A stretch of 64,000 nucleotides of DNA from a virus (Duplodnaviria; Caudoviricetes): IMG/VR virus record IMGVR_UViG_3300025316_001101. One strand, 5' to 3'. This document shows positions 57,244-64,000 of the stretch, piece after piece. The position numbers were made by a program, and so were the translations under genes. The notes under the pieces were generated by a model. That model did not search any database. It was not told the origin of the DNA and worked only from the letters and a program-made list of their open reading frames with translations. Every line of letters starts with the position of its first letter. Position 1 is the stretch's first letter.

Positions 57244-57669
57244 ATGGCAAAAAAGAAAAAATTTAAGAAATACAAAAGTTCGTCTCACGCCAAGTTTCTT
57301 CTGAAAGCCCATGTCATTTTCGTGACCAAATATCGGAAGAAAATTCTGGTGAATGCTATCAACGATGCGATGAAGCAGATACTTTTTGATATTGCTAATG
57401 AGTCGGACTTCACGATTGAAACAATGGAGAGTGAGAATGGCGACCATATTCACATGCTCATTGATTATCCGCCACAAATCTCTATTAGCAGTATTGTCAA
57501 TCGGCTGAAAAGTATGTCCACCAATCGTATCTGGCAAGGTGGTTGGGCTACATTCTTGAAGCAAAGGTTTTGGGCAGAACATACTTTTTGGTCGGATGGT
57601 TATTTTGCTGCCTCCACTGGTGATGTAAGCACAGAGGCAATTCAGCGATATATTGAAGAACAAGGATAG
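57244..57669 (+). CDS. tnpA: IS200/IS605 Y1 HUH transposase
   Basis: Motifs 'HVIFVTKYRKK', 'DHIHML', 'FWSDGYF' and 'IQRYIEEQ'. Confidence 0.95.
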   Translation: MAKKKKFKKYKSSSHAKFLLKAHVIFVTKYRKKILVNAINDAMKQILFDIANESDFTIETMESENGDHIHMLIDYPPQISISSIVNRLKSMSTNRIWQGGWATFLKQRFWAEHTFWSDGYFAASTGDVSTEAIQRYIEEQG

Positions 57670-57994
57670 CCAGTTTTAATGGCTCTTATGCTGTTTTAGA
57701 TGGGAAGAGATTGACCACAATTTAATCAGTTTCAATTTGTGGTAGTTTTGACTAATTTCCATTATGACGCCTTACATCCTCTACCCTAAAGAGGTTTGCC
57801 CTGTTCATTCGGTCGCTCGCTAACGCTCGCTTCCTCACTCACAGAGCAAACTTTCCTTTGGAAAGTAGAGGTTTTACGGCGTCCCAGATAAAGTCATTTC
57901 CCGCAAGCATCTTTTGGGCAAGATCTTTCATATCTCTTGTCTGACCTTCATTTGTGGTTTCATTGGATATTTTATAAATAAACACCAATGAAAA

Positions 57995-58023
57995 AGCCCA
58001 CCGGCCAAAGGCCGGTGGGCTTG
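57995..58023. terminator. Hairpin terminator
   Basis: aagcccaccggcc-aaa-ggccggtgggctt. Confidence 0.7.
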
Positions 58024-58190
58024 TGATTTTCTAGAAGCCAGTTTTCATTTCCCCGTTATTGTGCAGGCGGGACAACCCTCCTGGCTTCTCTCCCCATTGT
58101 TTACATTTGTCTAAGACAAAAAATCGAGGACATTTATGTTTCGGGCATGTATAGCCTGCACGGGTCTCATAAATATCTATGTTTAATACC

Positions 58191-58514
58191 CTAAAATCCA
58201 AAGTAAAACCACCAACGGCGGGGTGGAGCTACGTAATATGGATCTGGCGTATAGTACGGTGCCGGTGCGTAGTATGGTGCTGGTGTGTAATAAGGTGCTG
58301 GTACATTGTTGTAGTAATAATTGTACGGCACATATACCGGTGGATACACATAGCGTTGTCGATAATAATCATGGTGTTCATATGGCTTATTATGGTTATA
58401 TGCACCATTATTCTGCGACGGATTTTGTGGACGGTTGTGGGGCTGTTCGGCCACAGCGTTCACAGTCCATGCAAACAATACAAAAACAGCTAAGATCATT
58501 AAAACTTTCTTCAT
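58191..58514 (-). CDS. Small secreted Tyr/Pro-rich protein
   Basis: Signal peptide and 'YY(T/A)PAP' repeats. Confidence 0.65.
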   Translation of the reverse strand: MKKVLMILAVFVLFAWTVNAVAEQPHNRPQNPSQNNGAYNHNKPYEHHDYYRQRYVYPPVYVPYNYYYNNVPAPYYTPAPYYAPAPYYTPDPYYVAPPRRWWFYFGF

Positions 58515-58517
58515 AAT

Positions 58518-59681
58518 TTGTTTCCTCCTTCTATTATATTTATGCTTATGGCTGATAAAAAAGTATTAGTTTCTGGTTGTTTCGATCTGCTTCACTGTGG
58601 CCACATCTGCTTCTTGGAAATAGCTGCTAACTACGGGGATTTATACGTGTCTATAGGATCAGATTCTACCATAGCCAATCTCAAGAATAGAAGACCCATT
58701 TATTCTGAACAAGAAAGGTTATGTATAATTAAGTCCATTCGGCATGTTAAACATGCATTTATAGCCTCTGGCAATGGGCAATTAGACTTTATTCAAGAAT
58801 TCAAAGAGATAAAGCCGGATGTATTTATAGTAAACCAGGATGGGCATCATAATGATAAGATGGAACTGTGTAAACAACACGGTGTAAAATACATAGTCTT
58901 GGATCGCACACCAGAAAAGCTAATGCCAGCAAGATCTACCACAGAAACCATTAAAAACTTGGACATGCCATATCGTATAGATATAGCGGGCGGTTGGTTG
59001 GACCAGCCTTGGGTTTCTTCTTTCTATCCCGGCCCTGTAATTACAGTTTCCATTCAACCAACCTACCCATTCCCAGATCGCACAGGAATGGCCACTTCTA
59101 CTCGTAACCGGGCAATTAAATTATGGGGTAACGATGTACCATTCGGTAATTCCGAAGAGTTGAGCAAGATACTGTTTTGCTATGACAATTGCCCTGGATC
59201 GCAGTATGTCTCTGGATCTCAAGACGCAATTGGAATAGTATATCCAGGTATCAATAAACTCAATTATGATGGCAAGTATTGGCCAACCAATATTGAATCC
59301 ATTGTCGATACAAGCGTCTTTGATTGGCTAGAGGAAAATTGTAGGCTTATTCCTTTGTCACCCAAATCTAGAGATCTTTATGTGTTGCAAGATTTGAATT
59401 TACAAAGATCGATTATTACCAATTTTGCTAAAATGTCTGAAAAATGTTGGGATGCTTTGCAAGAAAAGAATGTCAAAAAATTCGGCCGATGCGTATCTCA
59501 AGCTTTCTTAAATCAAGTGGAAATTGTTCCTCATAGTTTGACTCCTGCACTACAAGAAGCAATGAGATATTTTTCTAAACTCGCTTATGGTATGAAATCC
59601 ACCGGTAGCGGTGGATTTCTGTTTGTCGTAACACCAGATCATTTAGAGAATGAAATACGAATTAAAGTGAGGCGTTTTTAG
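58518..59681 (+). CDS. Cytidylyltransferase-family domain fused to a GHMP sugar kinase
   Basis: N-terminal 'SGCFDLLHCGH...VSIGSD' and 'SEQER'; C-terminal 'RIDIAGGWLD', 'SGSQDAIG' and 'GMKSTGSGG'. Confidence 0.8.
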   Translation: MFPPSIIFMLMADKKVLVSGCFDLLHCGHICFLEIAANYGDLYVSIGSDSTIANLKNRRPIYSEQERLCIIKSIRHVKHAFIASGNGQLDFIQEFKEIKPDVFIVNQDGHHNDKMELCKQHGVKYIVLDRTPEKLMPARSTTETIKNLDMPYRIDIAGGWLDQPWVSSFYPGPVITVSIQPTYPFPDRTGMATSTRNRAIKLWGNDVPFGNSEELSKILFCYDNCPGSQYVSGSQDAIGIVYPGINKLNYDGKYWPTNIESIVDTSVFDWLEENCRLIPLSPKSRDLYVLQDLNLQRSIITNFAKMSEKCWDALQEKNVKKFGRCVSQAFLNQVEIVPHSLTPALQEAMRYFSKLAYGMKSTGSGGFLFVVTPDHLENEIRIKVRRF

Positions 59682-59982
59682 CTTTTTTAGCCTTCTCTTC
59701 TAACATTTTAATGATCTCTTCTGTTCGATCTATATCATCTACAGATACAGTAATGTTTTTACCCATTCGCATATCACTTGCTGGCAGACCAATAGAAGCT
59801 TTTTCACTTGACTTTCCAAAGTAATCCACTTCAATCCAACATTCTTTAGTTTCTAGATTATGACTGATAATATTGCCAGTCAATCTTATGCTAAAAGTAT
59901 CTCCGTCAATGGCTTTACCCTCTACTATGAGAGCTTCGCCCTCTTTCCCCACAACTCTACACTTTAGTCTTGCTTTGTCCAT
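59662..59982 (-). CDS. Hypothetical protein
   Basis: ORF track. Confidence 0.5.
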   Translation of the reverse strand: MDKARLKCRVVGKEGEALIVEGKAIDGDTFSIRLTGNIISHNLETKECWIEVDYFGKSSEKASIGLPASDMRMGKNITVSVDDIDRTEEIIKMLEEKAKKAKNASL

Positions 59983-60012
59983 ATTTAACTCCTTGAGATC
60001 CTATAATATAGC

Positions 60013-60645
60013 ATGTGGACAAAATTAAAAATAATAGCCGCATTGAATCAATGTATTATTATATCTTTACTAATCATGCAGCACGTTCCACCACACCCAC
60101 AAGCGTTCTGTATACAAGGTTTTCCACTCATTGCCCAGCCAGATGACATATCTTGCGGACCTACCAGTTGTACTATGTTGCTTCATTACCTGGATAAGCC
60201 GATAGATGTACCACAAGCTAAAAAAATAGCCAATACTGTTTGGCTTACATATCATGGAAAAGAAATAGGAATGACCCTTCCAAAAGGTATTGCTGCTATC
60301 CTACAATCCACAGGCGTGCCAGCCCAAGTCAAACATGGCAATATCGAGCTTCTAAAATACCATATTAGTAAAAACAAACCACCCATTGTTCTAATTCGCA
60401 GTGGATATAAGACTTGGCATTACGTAGTGGCTATTGGTTACACAAAAGACAGTATCATTGTTGCTGATCCAGGTGGGGGTATAATAGAAACCATGCCCCA
60501 ACAAAGGTTTGTTGGGGCATGGAAATTCACACATGATATGTCAGGAGAAAAGATGCCTGACATCGATCCGTATTTTGAAATTGTTAGACTGGCTGATGTC
60601 TATGGTGGAACATTTATTGTGCCAAATCATATAAGCTTTTTATAG
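60013..60645 (+). CDS. C39-like cysteine peptidase, probably exported
   Basis: Motifs 'Q...SCGPTS..M', 'PPIVLI', 'HYVVAIGY' and 'ADPG'. Confidence 0.85.
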   Translation: MWTKLKIIAALNQCIIISLLIMQHVPPHPQAFCIQGFPLIAQPDDISCGPTSCTMLLHYLDKPIDVPQAKKIANTVWLTYHGKEIGMTLPKGIAAILQSTGVPAQVKHGNIELLKYHISKNKPPIVLIRSGYKTWHYVVAIGYTKDSIIVADPGGGIIETMPQQRFVGAWKFTHDMSGEKMPDIDPYFEIVRLADVYGGTFIVPNHISFL

Positions 60646-61137
60646 CTTGCCACTGAATCGTCCTTGCCAATTGCTAATGCGACGATTGAATTCAGTTGTT
60701 ACCCCTTCGAAAAACGTCATCAATATCGTCTTTTGTTCGTCGTTCAATAGACCCTCATACAAGTCCAGTCGTTGCTGCTCTAGCTCAGACTCCTGTACCA
60801 GAATATCACTTCCACGTGACCCCAAACAGATCTGAACAATTCTCTGATTATTTGGATCACGTTGACGACGTACTAATGCTTCTTTCTCCATCTTCTTGAG
60901 ATCTTCGCCAATAGTCGTCTCTCCCGCACGCAAGCGTTGTAAAGATAGATTATTATAGGCAGCAACTACGTCTGCTAACGGCATCCACTCTTTTCCCGTT
61001 TGTTTCAATCCACGCTCAATTACTTTTAACAATAGCCGCTTGCGAGGATGAATGTCAATCCCCGACATAATTCGCTGTAGCTCTTTGTATTGCTCCAATG
61101 ACGACATGCATGCTCGAAACATCTCAGTAAATTTCAT
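60640..61137 (-). CDS. MarR-family winged-helix regulator
   Basis: 'LKKMEKEALVRRQRDPNNQRIVQICL...G'. Confidence 0.75.
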   Translation of the reverse strand: MKFTEMFRACMSSLEQYKELQRIMSGIDIHPRKRLLLKVIERGLKQTGKEWMPLADVVAAYNNLSLQRLRAGETTIGEDLKKMEKEALVRRQRDPNNQRIVQICLGSRGSDILVQESELEQQRLDLYEGLLNDEQKTILMTFFEGVTTEFNRRISNWQGRFSGKL

Positions 61138-61159
61138 ATTTTTTCTCCTGGTTGAAAAG

Positions 61160-61189
61160 AATCGCCCTCCGCAGTAGCGGAGGGCGATT
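61160..61189. terminator. Hairpin terminator
   Basis: aatcgccctccgc-agta-gcggagggcgatt. Confidence 0.65.
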
Positions 61190-61215
61190 AAAGAACGGTT
61201 AGTACAAACATTTTG

Positions 61216-62142
61216 TTACCTAGCAGATCGCCAACCGTCATTAGCAACTTGTTGTTGCGGAACAGCCCAGACTTGTCCATTTTGATCAGTCCAAGTCCTT
61301 TGCGGGATTGGTTGAACTGCTGGCCGGTAAGTTTGAGGTGCAGGCTGAGATGGTCTTGTTTGATAGTTTTGACCATAAGCCATTTGTGGCCTTGTTTCAG
61401 GCTGTGATTCAATAACCGGAGCCATCCGATCAGTGGGTTCAACAACTCGTTGGTTGCTATTGCTACCTTCAATTTGAGCAACAGCATTTTTGGTCTGATC
61501 AGCCAGAGCATCGAAGATTCCGATAATCTGATTGATTTGTTCAGCCATTTGGGTCAATTTATCTAATTGATCCACACGATTAAGAACAGTAGCCAATTGG
61601 CTAACATTCTTAGCACCACGATCAAGTCTTGCAAGCATAGGATCAAGTCGCTTAAAATAAGCGGTTTGATTTCTCATGCGATCCAAGGCTTTGCCATAGA
61701 CATCCTTGACACCAACTGTCACAGTTGCCCAATTCCGCCATGTAATACTTTCTTGTGCGGCGGATTTAGCCAAAGGTTCAGGAAGTCCGGTTTCTGTGCC
61801 AGCCTCCTCAGCAAGGCGATTAAATTCAGCCTGGATTTCGGCCAATTGACGGTCGAATTCAGCTTGATCAATCATAGCTGTTTGACCCTTCACTTGGATT
61901 TCTTGGATCGTGCGGCGAATTTCCGCAATACGTTCCTCGATATCCTTAACACCCTGTTGGATGCTGGCCCAACGGTTCGGTTCCACCTTCTTCACCTTGA
62001 AGGTATCGCCCAAATCATGTAACTTGGCGACCACTGCTTTTTTCACAGTTGCCAATTTACCTTCCGGCTCTACGGATTCTGCGGCTACAATCGGAGTAGC
62101 TACCAGAAGCAACACTGCCATCAGACACATACGGCGAAACAT
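61216..62142 (-). CDS. Secreted coiled-coil protein with Gln/Pro-rich tail
   Basis: Signal peptide and heptad-like segments. Confidence 0.65.
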   Translation of the reverse strand: MFRRMCLMAVLLLVATPIVAAESVEPEGKLATVKKAVVAKLHDLGDTFKVKKVEPNRWASIQQGVKDIEERIAEIRRTIQEIQVKGQTAMIDQAEFDRQLAEIQAEFNRLAEEAGTETGLPEPLAKSAAQESITWRNWATVTVGVKDVYGKALDRMRNQTAYFKRLDPMLARLDRGAKNVSQLATVLNRVDQLDKLTQMAEQINQIIGIFDALADQTKNAVAQIEGSNSNQRVVEPTDRMAPVIESQPETRPQMAYGQNYQTRPSQPAPQTYRPAVQPIPQRTWTDQNGQVWAVPQQQVANDGWRSAR

Positions 62143-62150
62143 GAAAAAAT

Positions 62151-62204
62151 CTCCATCGCCTCAAGGGGAGGTGTGATTGATAAGCGAGGCAACCATATCA
62201 ATCG
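62151..62204 (-). promoter_or_regulatory. Pseudoknot-like 5' leader, copy A
   Basis: Homologous to 62461-62518; abuts the GGAG ribosome-binding site. Confidence 0.5.
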
Positions 62205-62244
62205 ACGCCCCCCTCCCGAAAGGGCGGGGGGCGTAATTAAACTC

Positions 62245-62451
62245 TTACTTCCAAGGAATCGTTGGAGGCATTAGCGGCAGGTGATCCAGCTTTTGCACCA
62301 TATCTCGGGTGGGGTGCGGCGTGACCAACTGAAAGTCGCTGTGAAAGTTCGTCCCTGCCTGATTCCAGTGCGGCGGGGATTCCCGAAAATACGTTTGCAC
62401 GGTCCCATCGGGAAAAGGACCGAATTCCGGCGTACCAAAGGTACTCTTCAT
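62245..62451 (-). CDS. Small hypothetical protein (68 aa)
   Basis: GGAG RBS, promoter and leader upstream. Confidence 0.5.
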   Translation of the reverse strand: MKSTFGTPEFGPFPDGTVQTYFRESPPHWNQAGTNFHSDFQLVTPHPTRDMVQKLDHLPLMPPTIPWK

Positions 62452-62460
62452 TGGGATTCA

Positions 62461-62518
62461 CTCCAATATCTGCCTCAGGGAAGGGTGCGATTGACGAGTG
62501 AGGCAATCTTATCAACCG
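62461..62518 (-). promoter_or_regulatory. Pseudoknot-like 5' leader, copy B
   Basis: Homologous to 62151-62204. Confidence 0.5.
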
Positions 62519-62537
62519 CTGTTTTGTACTCATCAGT

Positions 62538-62566
62538 ATTCTACGCACGGGCAGTCAAGAAGTCAA
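62538..62566 (-). promoter_or_regulatory. Sigma70-type promoter
   Basis: TTGACT, a 17-nt spacer, then TAGAAT. Confidence 0.75.
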
Positions 62567-62659
62567 CACCTTGGAAGGTCGTTAGACAGTTTTATGACTA
62601 TCCGAAACCTGTTACGTGTTGAAAAATAAAGACTTACGACTTGAAGAATTTTTTCAAGT

Positions 62660-63289
62660 TCATTGGAGGGGTATTTTTCTGCCTACTGCCTGCAAAAGAC
62701 GAGGCTTGAGATTAGGGTGTTTTGAGTACACCCGCCAAATGAGGAGATCCATATCGGCCGATGTGCGGCCCATACGGTCGGCAACTTCTAAGAAGATTTT
62801 TTCAGTTGCTTGGTATTGCTTCTTGGAGCCGGGCGTTGCCTTGGGAACATTATGTCCTAGATCAGCAAGAAATTTCAATAAATGAGTATCCAATCCAGCA
62901 CATCTGGCATTTGCTCGACTGTGCATCACAAAGCAACTAGCTGTTTTTAATCCAATACCAGGAATGGCATCTAATTCTTCTACTGAACATTTTTTTAGAT
63001 CAATATCACTGATGGCTATGGCATACATTCCTTTAGCTTTCAAATTATAGCAACCTATACCACGATTTTTCAACCAAGCACGAAGGTTTTCTTCCCCTAG
63101 TTTGCGAATCACTTCAAATGGTCTATAGTGACTCATTCCAAACCCCACATGTAAGCTTTTCAAGATCCCATCTAATCTTGGAGCTATCGAAGCGGCTGTC
63201 TTGCCAGCTACACAAATCCAAAACAAAATGGTCTCTTCGAGATGATAACGGCTGAGTTTGTAATTGGTGATTTTATTGGGGTTGACCAT
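62660..63289 (-). CDS. HhH-GPD DNA glycosylase (Ogg/N-glycosylase-lyase-like)
   Basis: 'ELDAIPGIGLKTASCF...AGLDTHLLKFL'. Confidence 0.8.
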   Translation of the reverse strand: MVNPNKITNYKLSRYHLEETILFWICVAGKTAASIAPRLDGILKSLHVGFGMSHYRPFEVIRKLGEENLRAWLKNRGIGCYNLKAKGMYAIAISDIDLKKCSVEELDAIPGIGLKTASCFVMHSRANARCAGLDTHLLKFLADLGHNVPKATPGSKKQYQATEKIFLEVADRMGRTSADMDLLIWRVYSKHPNLKPRLLQAVGRKIPLQ

Positions 63290-63313
63290 ATAAATACATT
63301 GGAGGACACATAT

Positions 63314-63475
63314 ATGTCTAAATTATTGTTACTTGTTATAGGGTTCATTCTACCACCATTAGCCGTTTTGTTTCAAGAGGGACTTAGTGTGCAGTTATTG
63401 CTTAACATCGTTTTGACATGCTTTGGCTGGGTTCCAGGCTGGTTGCATGCGTGGTATCTGATTTTGCGAAAGTAA
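63314..63475 (+). CDS. YqaE/Pmp3-family membrane proteolipid
   Basis: 'ILPPLAVLF..G...LLLNIVLT.FGWVPG.LHA.Y.I'. Confidence 0.85.
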   Translation: MSKLLLLVIGFILPPLAVLFQEGLSVQLLLNIVLTCFGWVPGWLHAWYLILRK

Positions 63476-63500
63476 ACTCTATTAGTCTCGGAGGACTAAT

Positions 63501-63776
63501 ATGAACACTATATTATTTGCATTGCTTTTTGCAGTGGTGCTGCCTGACCCCGTAAATCCAGTGGCACCAACACAACCGATTGTCGAAGAAGAACAATCGG
63601 ATTGTCCGAATGTGTTGATCGAAGATCCCTGTCCGTGGCTTAGACCGGATTACATTGAACCGTATAAGTTCGATCTCGATCTAGGCTTGCCAGAACCAGA
63701 GCCTAAGAAGTATTACAAGAAACTTCCGTGGAAACCGTGGTTGATACCAGATCCAAGTTCTCGTTGGATCGTTTAA
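63501..63776 (+). CDS. Small exported Pro-rich protein
   Basis: Hydrophobic N-terminus; Pro-rich. Confidence 0.5.
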   Translation: MNTILFALLFAVVLPDPVNPVAPTQPIVEEEQSDCPNVLIEDPCPWLRPDYIEPYKFDLDLGLPEPEPKKYYKKLPWKPWLIPDPSSRWIV

Positions 63777-63795
63777 GACAATTTGGTTAACATTT

Positions 63796-64000
63796 TTTAT
63801 CTGGGACGCCGTAAAACCCCTACATTCCGAAGGAATGTTTGCTCTGTGAGTGAGGAAGCGAAGGCGTAGCCGAGCGACCGAATGAACAGGGCAAACCTCT
63901 TTAGGGTAGCGGGATGTAAGGCGTCATAATGTAATTTAGTTAGACCTACACTGAATAATTCTGGTTTAATGTCTTCCCCTCTAAAACGGCTAAAAACCAT
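63796..64000 (+). mobile_element. Left end of a further IS605-type element running off the window
   Basis: Near-identical, in inverted orientation, to the left end at 57761-57892; homology continues towards the tnpA-proximal segment. Confidence 0.7.

Larger units (their letters stand above)
55968..57892 (-). mobile_element. IS605-type element with divergent tnpA and tnpB
   Basis: Right-end hairpin AAGCCCCGCCGTCTTTAGCGGCGGGGTAATTCAC; left-end hairpin at 57761-57892. Confidence 0.85.

Noticed and set aside
62135-62165. Fluoride riboswitch (GGCGATGGAG on the minus strand)
   Set aside because: The adjoining TTCGCC stem and downstream conserved elements are not in place; GGAG is simply the ribosome-binding site.
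1-64000. Stop-codon recoding (TAG or TGA read-through)
   Set aside because: Standard-code ORFs tile the window densely and conserved proteins are full length.
63797-64000. 67-aa minus-strand ORF
   Set aside because: It lies wholly within the IS left-end hairpin region and is not a credible gene.

Overview
This 64 kb window looks like part of a very large T4-supergroup (jumbo) myophage genome read in the standard genetic code. It carries UvsX/RecA, a gp32-like SSB, UvsY, a gp41/DnaB helicase, UvsW, a gp4/TnsA-like nuclease, a gp23-family protein, a Ski2/Hel308-like helicase and an unusual short PolA. Accessory content includes a glycosyltransferase/methyltransferase cluster, pyrB, nucleotide-sugar enzymes, three very Cys-rich H-x-E-G-repeat fibre genes, two TnpB-bearing IS200/IS605 elements and the end of a probable third. 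The best find is non-coding: a ~205-nt minimal RNase P RNA at 55616-55820 (minus strand). It has an intact catalytic core (P1-P6, P15-P17, bulged U in P4, GGU in L15), almost no specificity domain, and its own sigma70-type promoter. About 2.3 kb downstream on the same strand is a tRNA-Leu(UAA) with a 22-nt anticodon-loop insertion and an altered elbow, so the two may form a phage tRNA-processing module. Other notable signals are a family of proteins sharing a T4 capsid-targeting-like N-terminus, structured insertions in four IS-end hairpins, a duplicated pseudoknot leader, and portal-clip and capsid-derived mini-proteins. All calls come from motif reading by eye; no database searches or folding programs were run.
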